In this document: positions 12,269-26,025 of the stretch, piece after piece
Numbering within the stretch: position 1 is the stretch's first letter
Layout of the letters: every line of letters begins with the position of its first letter
Source: Tubiluchus corallicola
Lineage: Eukaryota > Animalia > Priapulida
Assembly (NCBI GenBank): GCA_030141605.1
Contig: JAQGDQ010001033.1
Span: 1 to 64,000 of the forward strand
Direction: 5' to 3'
DNA: 64,000 nucleotides
Program-made: the position numbers and the translations under genes
Notes under the pieces: model-generated
What the model was told of the DNA's origin: nothing
The model's input: the letters and a program-made list of their open reading frames with translations, nothing else
Database searches by the model: none

Positions 12269-12880
12269 TGAAAGGAAGATGGGATGATTTTTCACATGCT
12301 GCCCCATTTTCAAGTCTGATAAAGTATACATTTTAACACAATTAATACTGCAAAAACGTTTCTGATAATTAAAGAATAAATTAAAATCTTAATTGACGGC
12401 GGGCGAGCCCAACTAGTGATGACATCACAAACTAACTTAATTTTCAACAGCAAAAATATTCCACGAGCGCGTTGCACGTGTTTGCGAAAGAGAAAGTTGA
12501 AGTACAGTGTTACTGTAAGATATTCAGTATGTTGTGCTAAAACTAGGTAAGTTTTAAGATAAAAATTGCCGCTGTACTCACGCATGAGCTGTCGAACGTG
12601 TGCAGTTCGTCAGAAACTAATACATCTGAACTGAGAGGTACAGCACCTGTTATTTGTGCAATGCGTTTCAGAAATGCAGACGCTAGTACCCGTCTGACTA
12701 GCGATTGGCGAAATTCATGTAACAGCGAAGAACTAGTGGCACGAAAGTGAAATCGTGTTTGTGTGGCAATAATTATTTCACGCAAGTCATTTTTGAAGAA
12801 AATTGCATGTTTCCTTTCAATATTTTAAAGAGTAGATTGTTTTGACCGTCAGTTTAAGATTGAGTCCAGTTTTGCTTTAA
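12269..12880. mobile_element. TTAA-flanked non-autonomous DNA transposon (family B; Kolobok/piggyBac-type target)
   Basis: colinear with 36076-36704; ends (t)gaaaggaag / ttttgctttaa. Confidence 0.72.
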
Positions 12881-13513
12881 AATGTTTGCCAGTTGCACAT
12901 AAAAGTGTGACAGCCCTGAGTAATGAGCTGCTCTTGTGTTCCCAAATTTGTATTGACATCCTGTAGGATAGTTCCGGACACCAAGAGGACCCCCCGCTCA
13001 CTGATGAGTTCAAAGATTCAGCTTACAGACCTAGCTTCCAGAATTAGCTTCCAGAACTACACGTTACATTGTCATTTTTCATTGAGTTTACTCCTAGACA
13101 AGGTCTGTAAATTTCTTTATCTCTCTCAGGTGACGTTATTATCATGCATACCTTATAAATTATTCTCTAGTGATGCCAGAAACACTGATTGCTATTTCTC
13201 AAATGCAATAGATTTTATGAAATTCAAAAATCAAATTAAAAATTCACGGTATAAATATTTGCACGTCTTTTCTGCTACATTATCTTGATAGAAGTAGACT
13301 CGCCATGAAAGCTACATTTTATTTTGAAATTAACAAAATTAAATGACTACGACTGACAGGACAAAGAAAGACTCAGACTCAAGCAGTCAAATCCGAATCC
13401 ACTTCCTCATTGCTTGAGTCGAGCCTGCGGAGAGGCGGAAGTGGACTCGGATTCGACACATTCCTGTGATCAAAAACCAAGTCACGTGAACAAAAAAGAA
13501 GAATCCACAATAC

Positions 13514-13681
13514 CCTGAGCAGGACGGAATCCGCCTCCTCCATTTCGCACTCCACGTGCGTTGCTTTGAGGTAGAGGTGGGGCAGCCAGTAGAAGAACAG
13601 GCGGAGAAATCCGACGGTCAAAACAATGCCAATCCATGTGATTATTGTTCGTAAACGGTGACGTTTATAGCCATAAATTTC
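13514..13681 (-). CDS. ATP13A3: P5B ATPase exon (P5-ATPase N-terminal domain)
   Basis: EIYGYKRHRLRTIITWIGIVLTVGFLRLFFYWLPHLYLKATHVECEMEEADSVLLR is a typical P5B N-terminal membrane hairpin; ttttag acceptor, GTATTG donor; phase 0/0. Confidence 0.93.
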
Positions 13682-14164
13682 CTAAAATAAACAGGAATGT
13701 ATCAAAAAATGTTTTGTTTAATTTATATATACATACGTATTAAAGTTTATATAGCCATAAGCTTCATTATATAGATAACATATATAAAACACACACATAT
13801 CAACAAAAATTCTCAGGCTATGAACTATTTGTCTTTTATGTTCAAAAATTAAGGAAATTCAGTAAAAGGAATCTCGTCTTCCTACGGGATTACGCAGAGT
13901 CCTTCAAACGACAAAAAACCCGAGAAGGAATGAGTTGCTGATGAACGTATATATTGGGAAAGACTTGGGAAATGCAACTCTGGATTCGTGGGATGATGCA
14001 ACGTGGGCAGTAGCGGCAGATAGTAGCGTCTGGCGTCAACAGGTGGAGCGTGACACGTTTTAGAACGTATAAACACGCAAACAACGATAGCTGAACAACT
14101 AAATTCTCTCAAGCTGTACATTCCAGAAGTGAGTGTGAACCACCAGTGTACACTCGGCATAAAA

Positions 14165-14245
14165 AATCTCATCCTCTTGGGATTTGAACCCACGACTTTA
14201 CCATTAAAGCAATTACAACAGCACAATAACCAGCTGTGCCACAGG
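14165..14245 (-). mobile_element. tRNA-like SINE head or tRNA pseudogene
   Basis: A-box TGGCACAGCTGG and B-box GGTTCAAATCC; no clean cloverleaf. Confidence 0.45.
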
Positions 14246-15510
14246 TATCAGCTAATTAAGCACGAGCAATCAAGGATGAGAATGACAAATTGCAAAAACT
14301 CTGAAACAGGCCGGGGGTTTTGGGGCCACCTAGGCCCCCAATGGGGTTGAAATTGCAATTTTGTGACCATAGAGAGCCTCTAAGTGGACTTAAAATATCA
14401 ATTACTTTGTTTCATGCATAATTTAAAATACCCAACTATCAAGGATACATGATACCTAATTGTCTCAAAAACGCCTAAGTAGTGGACACTCCTATGCAAA
14501 AGTATATAAAAACTGTCTGCAATTGACTCAAATAACTCTGCACAATTGATTCTATATTTTTATACATAGGGATATACACGTGGTCACACTGATGTACCTG
14601 ATATAAACAAAGTGACGGCCTGCCAACTAGCGGTCAGCTTGTGAAATAATGTACTGGGTCTGTAAAAATTTTCTCAACGAATTTACACTATTTACAAAAA
14701 AAGGCACTACTGATCTTCCAAAAACTCGGAATTCCGAGCATCCGCGGAAAATTCTCATCCCTGTAGCAATGTTACCTGTTTTGAGTCCTAAAGAAATTGC
14801 ATTATCAATATTCTTCAACGTTTAAAAAAATACAGGCATACCAAATCACTTGCGGTGCCAATAAATAGTTTCAAATCATCTCATTTGCTATCATAAACCA
14901 TTTGGCAAACATACAGTAAAATAAGCAGTGTATGAAAATCTCACGATGAAAGAAAGAATTAAACTTTAGAAATTCATTCAACTATTAATCCGCCTTGTGT
15001 TCAGTTATTTGAAAACCTAGAACAGTGCACATTAAAATTCAAATAATAATAATAATAATAATCTTTTTATTTATCTTGTAACACACGCACAGTTATAATA
15101 CAATTAATTTGGAAACAAAAGTGTGAAGAAAGGGCGGCGAAAGACCAATTGGTCATTTAGTCAGCTGCCCTTTGGTTAGGGATGAACATTTTTATAGGCG
15201 CTATGCTACAGTGTATTACTGTTAGTACTGCTTATAATAAAAATTTAATTGTTACGAATGACATTAAATTGATATGCTTATAACGTGTTAGTACAATTCA
15301 TACACAGTAATAATAAGTGCATAATAAAAAAAATCAATCTGAAAATAACTGAAATAAAACTGAACTAACAAACAATAACAAACAAAGTAACACGTTTCAG
15401 ACAAAAACAGAAACACAAAACCAAGAAAAGAACGTTACATAAAATTGATCATGGTCATACTCCACAATTGCACAACAAGGTCTGTTCATTTTCACTAAAC
15501 AATTCCTCAC

Positions 15511-16140
15511 NNNNNNNNNNNNNNNNNNNNNNNNNNNNNNNNNNNNNNNNNNNNNNNNNNNNNNNNNNNNNNNNNNNNNNNNNNNNNNNNNNNNNNNNNN
15601 NNNNNNNNNNNNNNNNNNNNNNNNNNNNNNNNNNNNNNNNNNNNNNNNNNNNNNNNNNNNNNNNNNNNNNNNNNNNNNNNNNNNNNNNNNNNNNNNNNNN
15701 NNNNNNNNNNNNNNNNNNNNNNNNNNNNNNNNNNNNNNNNNNNNNNNNNNNNNNNNNNNNNNNNNNNNNNNNNNNNNNNNNNNNNNNNNNNNNNNNNNNN
15801 NNNNNNNNNNNNNNNNNNNNNNNNNNNNNNNNNNNNNNNNNNNNNNNNNNNNNNNNNNNNNNNNNNNNNNNNNNNNNNNNNNNNNNNNNNNNNNNNNNNN
15901 NNNNNNNNNNNNNNNNNNNNNNNNNNNNNNNNNNNNNNNNNNNNNNNNNNNNNNNNNNNNNNNNNNNNNNNNNNNNNNNNNNNNNNNNNNNNNNNNNNNN
16001 NNNNNNNNNNNNNNNNNNNNNNNNNNNNNNNNNNNNNNNNNNNNNNNNNNNNNNNNNNNNNNNNNNNNNNNNNNNNNNNNNNNNNNNNNNNNNNNNNNNN
16101 NNNNNNNNNNNNNNNNNNNNNNNNNNNNNNNNNNNNNNNN
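15511..16140. other. Assembly gap (630 N)
   Basis: run of N abutting the 55-bp array, which probably extends into it. Confidence 1.
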
Positions 16141-17914
16141 CTACATGTGGAACATGGACATATACGTACTGTAGTAGATAAAGGACTAAGTAACACTACA
16201 TGTGGAACATGGACATATACGTACTGTAGTAGATAAAGGACTAAATAACACTACATGTGGAACATGGACATATACGTACTGTAGTAGATAAAGGACTAAG
16301 CGGCACTACATGTGGAACATGGACATATACGTACTGTAGTAGATAAAGGACTAAGTAACACTACGTGTGGAACATGGACATATACGTACTGTAGTAGATA
16401 AAGGACTAAATAACACTACATGTGGAACATGGACATATACGTACTGTAGTAGATAAAGGACTAAGTAACACTACATGTGGAACATGGACATATACGTACT
16501 GTAGTAGATAAAGGACTAAATAACACTACATGTGGAACATGGACATATACGTACTGTAGTAGATAAAGGACTAAATAACACTACATGTGGAAAATGGACA
16601 TATACGTACTGTAGTAGATAAATGACTAAATAACACTACATGTGGAACATGGGCATATACGCACTGTAGTAGATAAAGGACTAAATAACACTACGTGTGG
16701 AACATGGACATATACGTACTGTAGTACATAAAGAACTAAGTAACACTACATGTGAAAAATGGACATATACGTACTGTAGTAGATAAAGGACTAAATAACA
16801 CTACATGTGGAACATGGACATATACGTACTGTAGTACATAAAGAACTAAGTAACACTACATGTGGAAAATGGGCATATACGTACTGTAGTAGATAAAGGA
16901 CTAAGTAACACTACATGTGGAACATGGACATATACATACTGTAGTACATAAAGAACTAAGTAACACTACATGTGGAACATGGGCATATACGTACTGTAGT
17001 AGATAAAGGACTAAGTAACACTACATGTGGAACATGGACACATACATACTGTAGTACATAAAGAACTAAGTAACACTACATGTGGAACATGGGCATATAC
17101 GTACTGTAGTAGATAAAGGACTAAGTAACACTACAAGTGGAACATGGACATATACGTACTATAGTACATAAAGAACTAAGTAACACTACATGTGGAACAT
17201 GGGCATATACATACTGTAGTAGATAAAGGACTAAGTAACACTACAAGTGGAACATGGACATATACGTACTATAGTACATAAAGAACTAAGTAACACTACA
17301 TGTGGAACATGGGCATATATGTACTGTAGTAGATAAAGGACTAAGTAACACTACATGTGGAACATGGACATATACGTACTATAGTACATAAAGAACTAAG
17401 TAACACTACATGTGGAACATGGGCATATACATACTGTAGTAGATAAAGGACTAAGTAACACTACAAGTGGAACATGGACATATATGTACTGTAGTAGATA
17501 AAGGACTAAGTAACACTACATGTGGAACATGGACATATACGTACTGTAGTAGATAAAGGACTAAGTAACACTACATGTGGAACATGGACATATATGTAGT
17601 GTAGTAGATAAAGGACTAAGTAACACTACATGTGGAACATGGACATATACGTACTATAGTAGATAAAGAACTAAGTAACACTACATGTGGAACATGGACA
17701 TATACATACTGTAGTAGATAAAGGACTAAGTAACACTACAAGTGGAACATGGACATATACGTACTGTAGTAGATAAAGGACAAAGTAACACTACATGTGG
17801 AACATGGACATATACATACTGTAGTAGATAAAGGACTAAGTAACACTACAAGTGGAACATGGACATATATGTAGTGTAGTGGATAAATGACTAAGTAACA
17901 CTACATGTGGAACA
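16141..17914. repeat. 55-bp minisatellite, about 32 copies, partly a 110-bp dimer
   Basis: unit ctacatgtggaacatggacatatacgtactgtagtagataaaggactaagtaaca. Confidence 0.97.
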
Positions 17915-18327
17915 GTTGTCTTAAAAGTCCCAGGTCAAATTCACCCCCTTGCAATTTCCTGGATTCTTCAACTCTTTCCCCATTTGAACGTGCCATGATA
18001 AATTCCCACCATTATATGTTTACAGTTGCAATTAATAAGACGATTTAAGTTATCAAACTACATTACTTTTCTAATTGCAAACAAAAGAATCCTTATTTCA
18101 ATGGATCATAAAATCTTGATATGATTTAATACGTAAATATTTTGTTGGGAAGAACAAAGACACCTGGCCAAAAGCCATCGAGTGCAATCAAAAGAAAACA
18201 CGGAGGCTGACAACGAAACTTTCAATATAAGTTTTAATGTTCACTACAACATCCAAAGAAACTAATTTGTGTCGTGTATATTTGTACTTTGCGAGAAGTA
18301 AAACAAGAAACATTAAGCCATACTAAC

Positions 18328-18621
18328 CGCTATGTCAGCAGTTACTGCAATATATCCTGGCACTAATGGCACCGAAGATTGTCGTCCGTAGGAGAACACC
18401 TTCAGCGAACTACGTCTTCGACCGTGCATGCGCGCAGCCGACTCTTGCATGTGGTCCGCATCATTGGGAACGTCACAGATCACACGGGGACATGCGTCAC
18501 CTGCCGGAACTTCCATTTTCCGCACAGATTTCCCTTCTGGGATTGTTCCTAAGAGTGAGGAACGTCTGCGGGACATCGGATGATGTCTAGTTTCCTTATC
18601 TAAGCCAATATGAGTCTCCAT
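18328..18621 (-). CDS. Candidate alternative first coding exon of the P5B ATPase (98 codons)
   Basis: GC-richer ORF with two RRRSSL motifs; phase-0 GTTAGT donor at 18327 joins EIYGY in frame; acceptor tttccacgtag at 18688-18690 with an in-frame stop upstream of the ATG. Confidence 0.6.
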
Positions 18622-21018
18622 GACAGGCTAGTGTTGCGGTAAATAATAGACTGTTGACCTAAACCCGATGTATCCTCAATTTAGGGTCTACGTGGAAACA
18701 GACTGATATCATTGCTTCCCTTTCTCTGCTGCTAAAGTCTTAATGAGACAAACAACAAACCTCGTTACATCGCACGGCACTTTTGAGGAAGAAGATTGCT
18801 TCATACACCTTACACACGGACACCGGATGACAACTTAATCCAAGACTAAATAGGATGCAAATAAGTTATTAGTGTTTCAGACATCTTTTCTACATATTAA
18901 TCGGTAAATATTGATTGTATTTAGCAATGTGTTATCAAGGAATGTATGTAAAATACATGCATGCATTCGCATTATTTTATACCAAAAAGCACTCGGACCA
19001 AACACCGACCCATTACCTTACAATAGCGAAATTAACAATTTAACAACTCAGTAAAGTCGAGAACCAAGCCCGAGACTGACAACAATGTGCTAGGTTTGTT
19101 TTCTTTTCTAACTGTGGCTAAGTAACAGGGAAAACATGAGGTTTACATTTCATAGCATGTTTAGAATAGCTTACTAGTATTACTGGTTGCAGAAAGAGAA
19201 AACTACTAAAGAAGATTAGAAAACCAAACCGGAGAAAACAGAAGTGTTCACAAGCAGAATCACCATCCTCTTGTTTAAAACCAAAAACACAACAAAGTAG
19301 TTTTCCATTTTCTTCATCAGTACAACTTGTCAACTTTGTGCAGTGTAAAGGTGTGATACAACAGACGTACTTAATGTGGATACTGCACGGTTTACAAAAA
19401 CTCTGGCTTTAGCTCGTGTTCACACAAAACCTACGGTGGCAGACATTACGGTCCAATCGTTCTCGATTCGATGCGTTTTCATTTCACAATTTCAGTCAAA
19501 ATCCCCCAAACACAGTAAGTTTATTATACAAAAGTTCCAGTTTTAAGAATCCAATGGACACTAAGCAGTGAAATTTTGTGACACGCGTTCCTGAAGTTCG
19601 ACAGACGCTAGCATCGCACGAGGGTGACTGGGGACCGGAGATCAATTCCGGTACCCTGATCAGAGTTCAACCGATTCAATCTTGACACTGTAATCAATTG
19701 ATAATCATTCACACAAATCAAGCATTTAAATAAGCCTCCTGGCTGGTCAAATGCATTTAACTCAGTATAAACCACAATGATAAGAAGTCTGCAGCAGCCA
19801 CAGAACTAAAAATTGCTTAGTTAATTCACATCTGCTCACCAATTTAACTAAAACCGCTCGTTCCTTTTTAATACACTCACTTTTCGATTTTAATACATCA
19901 CTTGCACGTAGAAAATCATACTCTGTCAGGTAAGACACTTTAAAAAGTTATGACAGATAAATCACATTAAGAGTTACGGCAGGTAAACGTGTGTCTTAGA
20001 TTATGTACATAGCAGCAACAAGTATTTAATCCTTTGAACAAATTAAAGCAATAATGCACAGATCAAGTCTTGACGAGTGACCTTGAGAGGAGCTCTTGAC
20101 GAGTGACCTTGAGATGAGGATAGCGAAGGAATAAAATGACATTCCCGAATCAGATATTTTAATAAAAAACTAATTGTTTGTTAGACAGAATCTATTAAGA
20201 ATAAAAAATTAACAAGCAGAAATTGGAACAATCTTAGAAAAACAATGATTGTTGTTACTTTGCAAAATCAGGTGTTCCCAATTGTCTTACGGAGCATCAC
20301 AATTCCCAATCAGAAATCACAAAGGGAAGGTAACAAACAAGTTTCTTCACGGCTCCGGCAGCGGCAAATACGAACACACCCAACCTTTGAAACGGATTTA
20401 TTTGAAACGTGTAAATTTTCACTCTAAAAACAGCACAAAAATGACGAAAACTGCCCAGGACACGGCAAGTTGAGCAACGCGACACGCCGAATAGTCGCCT
20501 TATGCTGCAATGAACACAAAACTCATCAACTTATCCGAAAAGAGCAGCAACAAAGATACCCTGGAGGCCTCTCTTACCCTGTAATTACTTAAGCATTGAA
20601 CTGGAGTCTATCATCAGACAAAATTGCAGTTTTTACTCAAGAACATGCTTTTAACTGCTTGAAGAAAGTCACGAGGAAATAGCTAAAGTTTCATGCTCAC
20701 AATATAAGATACAGACAGGGCCAGAACATGACATTTTGAGCCCTAGGCTCATGAAATTATGGGGCATCTCGTAGGCGGGGCCACCCTTTAACTCGCCCGC
20801 ACTCGTTTTGATATATTTTAGCAACATTTACACAGCTTACTGCCAATTAAATAAATTAGAATAGCTGTCTTTGTTTGTCAATGAAAATATTCTTTAAGAA
20901 ACATCACCATTTTATTCATTAAACAAAAAAGTTAGTAAGAAAAAGAAAGAAATTTTAGAAAAAGGAAATACATTTACAGAACAGAACCAACTTAAAATGA
21001 TTCATTAAGACAATAATT

Positions 21019-22669
21019 TTAGAGGAAAGGACACTTAGCACTTAGCATGTTGGGTTTATTTTAGTCATTTACTGTTATCACTTAAACTGTTTGTGGTGTG
21101 CTAAAGGAAGGACAAGTCACTCAACATGTTGGGTTTATTTCACTGTTATCACTTAAACTGTTTGTGGTGCGCTAAAGGAAAGAACAAGTCACTCAGTATG
21201 TTGGGTTTATTTTACTGTTATCACTTAAACTGTTTGTGGTGTGCTAAAGGAAGGACAAGTCACTCAGCATGCTGGGTTTGTTTCACTGTTATCACTTAAA
21301 CTGTTTGTGGTGCGCTAAAGGAAGGACAAGTCACTCAGCATGCTGGGTTTGTTTCACTGTTATCACTTAAACTGTTTGTGGTGCGCTAAAGGGAGGACAA
21401 GTCACTTAGCATGTTGGGTTTATTTTACTGTTATCACTTAAACTGTTTGTGGTGTGCTAAAGGAAGGACAAGTCACTCAGCATGCTGGGTTTGTTTCACT
21501 GTTATCACTTAAACTGTTTGTGGTGTGCTAAAGGAAGGACAAGTCACTTAGCATGTTGGGTTTATTTCACTGTTATCACTTAAACTGTTTGTGGTGCGCT
21601 AAAGGGAGGACAAGTCACTCAGCATGTTGGGTTTATTTTACTGTTATCACTTAAACTGTTTGTGGTGCGCTAAAGGAAGGACAAGTCACTCAGCATGTTG
21701 GGTTTATTTTACTGTTATCACTTAAACTGTTTGTGGTGCGCTAAAGGAAGGACAAGTCACTCAGCATGTTGGGTTTATTTTACTGTTATCACTTAAACTG
21801 TTTGTGGTGTGCTAAAGGGAGGACAAGTCACTCAGCATGTTGGGTTTATTTTACTGTTATCACTTAAACTGTTTGTGGTGCGCTAAAGGAAAGACAAGTC
21901 ACTCAGTATGTTGGGTTTGTTTTACTGTTATCACTTAAACTGTTTGTGGTGTGCTAAAGGAAGGACAAGTCACTCAGTATGTTGGGTTTATTTTACTGTT
22001 ATCACTTAAACTGTTTGTGGTGTGCTAAAGGGAGGACAAGTCACTCAGCATGTTGGGTTTATTTTAGTCATTTACTGTTATCACTTAAACTGTTTGTGGT
22101 GCGCTAAAGGAAGGACAAGTCACTTAGCATGTTGGGTTTATTTTAGTCATTTACTGTTATCACTTAAATTTAAAGAAACATAACGAAGAAATGTGCAATA
22201 AAAACCTCTCTATAAAGCTTAAAGCTAATTTATACTAACACTGTATAGAAATTTTCAGGCCTGGTGGTAACTGCAATTCACTTGAAAATTATGATGTAAC
22301 TGGTAAACTTTATGGCTTTTTCTAAGTGCAATGTGGTTTTTCCTTAAGCGTGCACTGTTTAAATTAATTCAAACTTCTTCAGTTTACTTAATGTACATGC
22401 GAAAATATCGCAAAATTAGTATCTATTATTGTACCATTATGCTTTTGAAATAAGCGGACAATGCGCTTCTTTTCTTCAACTAATGAATGATGTCATTGAC
22501 GGAAGGAATGTACATTCAAAATGGGAGCGCAAACGCTCGAAATGATCGCAATTTTAAAGTGATTTTACTAATTACTCTTATCAGTCTTTTATTACTACAT
22601 CCTTTCTATCATTTTTATCAAACACTGAAACAAGCCTAACTTCCCAGAAAGTGTGGCCTTTTCCTTTAA
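21019..22669. mobile_element. TTAA-type element family A copy 1 (satellite-bearing left end)
   Basis: ends ttagaggaaagg / ccttttcctttaa; body 22219-22669 homologous to 39835-40280. Confidence 0.65.
21023..22168. repeat. 71-bp minisatellite, about 16 copies, at the left end of TTAA element family A
   Basis: unit aggacaagtcactcagcatgttgggtttattttactgttatcacttaaactgtttgtggtgtgctaaagga; same unit at 39490-39835. Confidence 0.95.
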
Positions 22670-23287
22670 TCAGAAGGACTATAAGCTTGTAACTTTTCAC
22701 ATGCCAAGACAACAGGGATCTTACAAAGTTACGTCACATTATAATTTTCACTAACTAGCACTTTCAGAGTACATATTGTGAACTGGATCTTCCACGCCTA
22801 ACTTCCCAGAAAGTGTGGCCTTTTCCTTTAATCCGGTGGACTATAAGCTTGTAACTTTTCACATACGAACACAACAGGGATCTTACAAAGTTACGTCACA
22901 TTATAATTTTCACTAACTAGCACTTTCAGAGTACATATTGTGAACTGGATCTTCCATGCGATGGTGTGCATTACATGCAAACAGTTTGACCTTCGCCTGC
23001 CTGCCCCAGGACATAATGACCAATTGAGTGGACAGCGCACATGAAACATGTTACTTAATGAAGTCACAGTACGAAGGGCAGATCATTCGCTTATTTTCAG
23101 CCAGACGTTGTAAAGGCCAAGGACAAGGTGGTATTGCCAGCAGGAAAATAAGGTGGAGAAAACCCAGTGATGTGGTATAATGTGAAGACAGCAAGAAATT
23201 TAGGAGGGTTTTGCTATGGCAAAATCTTAAACAGAAATATAGTCTCAGGTAGAGTGATGGGCAATTTTGAAATTTTATTTTCGATTT

Positions 23288-23660
23288 AAAGCAAAAAGGT
23301 TGAAACAACGAAAAACAAAAAGGGTGAAACAACAAAAAGTAAAAAGGGTGAAACAACGAAAAGCAAAAAGGTTGAAACAACGAAAAGCAAAAAGGGTGAA
23401 ACAACAAAAAGCAAAAAGGTTGAAACAACAAAAAGCAAAAAAGGTTGAAACAACAAAAAGTAAAAAGGGTGAAACAACAAAAAGCAAAAAAGGCTGAAAC
23501 AACAAAAAGCAAAAAAGGCTGAAACAACAAAAAGCAAAAAAGGCTGAAACAACAAAAAGCAAAAAAGGTTGAAACAACGAAAAGCAAAAAGGGTGAAACA
23601 ACGAAAAGCAAAAGGTTGAAACAACAAAAAGCAAAAAGGGTGAAACAACGAAAGCAAAAA
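23288..23660. repeat. 24-26-bp A-rich minisatellite, about 15 copies
   Basis: unit aaaagcaaaaagg(g/t)tgaaacaac(a/g). Confidence 0.93.
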
Positions 23661-24954
23661 CATACATAAAGAGACAGTTTTCACAATTATGACATAATAA
23701 AAATGCCGCACTAATACTGATCTAGAAGTCTTGTAAAACAATTAACTGGCTTGTGCTGCCACCTTTTAATCAGATTTATAAACTTTCCTTCAACAGATGG
23801 CAGTACTGGACAAAAAAATTGAAAACTTGTTTATTTCACGACAAAAAATAAATCAAGGTAGATAAAATGTTTTCTTTAGCCAGACAGGAGGTAACTACTG
23901 CAAATAGCTATGTGTTATAAACTCGTAATAAATATTACAATTTATATCATAAATGAGAATTTACAAAATTATTTATTATCCTTCATAAGTGAGTTTATGT
24001 AAATAAAGTGAAATAAAAACTCTACTAGATAAAAAACCGCAACAAAGTAAGTGATATGCTCGAATCAGTGATATGCTAAGTGACACTTGATTCTAAAAAA
24101 ACTGTTGAAAATGAAAACAGTTTTAAAGACAGCAACAAATCGTAATATAATACCGAGAATGAGTATTGAACCCAATGTTCATACATTGATTCACTAACCG
24201 GGCTTGGTGTTGCTTAACTTTGGTCACCAAAGTTACTAATGCACATCTCAGGAAAACAATTAGCCACACATGCTGTTACCTGTCCATTCATCGATCATGT
24301 CACAACAAACATTGTGAAACATACCTTTTCTGGGTAACCCTACCAGCGAAACTTAATGACAGACGTAAACCGAGACACCATTACTGCGTGAAAACATTAA
24401 TCACGTTAAAACCCGTTTCATCGCATCACAAGAGGCGAACACAACGCATGTGACAAACAATGATCATTATCTGCTAAGGATAAGGCCAGGTAAGGTTCAA
24501 GCATTCAGAAATTTCACTAATCTATAGTCATTTCAAACACAACTAAAGCACCTGGCTGTGAGGTGGATGATTCAAGATAACAGAATATGCCTGTCAAATG
24601 AATAAACGCTTGAAAAAGAGGACAAATAAGCGGTGCGAATAGTCGGCATGATTTTCCAAATCAGAAGATTAAAAAATACATATGAAATTAAATCAGATGA
24701 ATAAATATTTGTGAAATGACAAGCATTTCCAGAAGAGAATAAGTATTTTTTAACACTGGACCCTTAAAATCTGGTGCCTCTCAGAATTTGGTCCCCTGGG
24801 TTACAGCCTAATTAGTCTTCTGATAGATACGCCCCTGCAAACAGCCTGTTATTGCTGGGAAGTTGGGAACGATGTCACACGGGACAACAGAAGTTAAAGA
24901 GTTAAACAACAGAAGAAAATTGTCACTTTCAAAGACGTTTCTAGGGGAATGCCG

Positions 24955-25630
24955 TGATGAAAAAGAACCCTTGGCGTAAACAAATCCAAGTTAGAATATT
25001 ACATTGGATTGGGCGTGTACTAAGACTACCAGACTAGCCCAAGAATCTCCTCTTCCCATGAAGACGATGATGATGATGATTGTGATGATCTGTATGATGT
25101 GATGAAGAAGAACCCTTGGAATAAACAAATCCAAGTTAGAATATTACATTGGATTGGGCGTGTACTAAGACTACCAGATTAGCCCAAGAATCTCCTCTTC
25201 CCATGAAGATGATGATGATGATGATTGTGATGATCTGTATGATGTGATGAAGAAGAACCCTTGGAATAAACAAATCCAAGTTAAAATATTGCATTGGATT
25301 GGGTGTGTACTAAGACTACCAGACTATCCCAAGAATCTCCTCTTCCCATGAAGATGATGATGATGATGATTGTGATGATCTGTATGTGATGAAAAAGAAC
25401 CCTTGGCGTAAACAAATCCAAGTTAGAATATTGCATTGGATTGGGCGTGTACTAAGACTACCAGATTAGCCCAAGAATCTCCTCTTCCCATGAAGATGAT
25501 GATGATGATGATTGTGATGATCTGTATGATGTGATGAAGAAGAACCCAAGGAATAAACAAATCCAAGTTAGAATATTGCATTAGATTGGCCATGTACTAA
25601 GACTACCAGACAGGCTGAAGAATCTTCTCT
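24955..25630 (+). repeat. About 145-bp tandem repeat (about 4.6 copies) built from an RTE-like LINE ORF fragment plus (GAT)n
   Basis: unit translates KQIQVRILHWIGRVLRLPD, similar to the 'RRLRWxGHVLR' region downstream of non-LTR RT; degenerate continuation to about 25785. Confidence 0.8.
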
Positions 25631-25888
25631 TGCCACAGTAAAGCTCTTGAAATGACAAAAACCACCTAGAGGGGGGGGGGGGTGTCAACTACTGATTTAC
25701 ATAGATAAGCTGCAAAAAGATCTGGCAAATACAATTCTAGATTTTTGGGAAGATGCATTGCGGGCGCAGTGTCGGAGGGCGCCATGTTTTAGAGCTTAAA
25801 AGCATGGAAATGAGGAAATGGTGAATTCAAACAACTATTTCATCCCGGCGTTAAACAAAAGAAATTCCACAAAAGCCATCTGTCTTAC

Positions 25889-26025
25889 CATCTGAGTTTC
25901 TTCTCCAATATTAACATACTGCCGGTCACGACTGATACGTCCTTCCAATGGCACGCGACCAAAAGATGAACTGTTAGCGCCCTGAGTTGATTGTGTGGAG
26001 TACTGCCCTGTCATCTGGGCCATAC
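25889..26025 (-). CDS. ATP13A3: P5B ATPase exon
   Basis: MAQMTGQYSTQ...DRQYVNIGEETQM; the '..N.GEE..M|EIYGY' junction is characteristic of ATP13A3-like proteins; ttgtag acceptor, GTAAGA donor; phase 1/0. Confidence 0.88.

Noticed and set aside
15125-15175. Stem-loop aagggcggcgaaagacc...tcagctgccctt, with similar ones at about 34550 and about 37470
   Set aside because: Probably 3' stem-loops of decayed LINE copies next to A/T-rich tails; too degraded to delimit, and not an RNA gene
15468-16196. ORFs spanning the N run
   Set aside because: Assembly gap translated as X
23051-23741. Phe/Cys/Leu-rich and Lys-rich ORFs
   Set aside because: Translation of the 25-bp A-rich minisatellite
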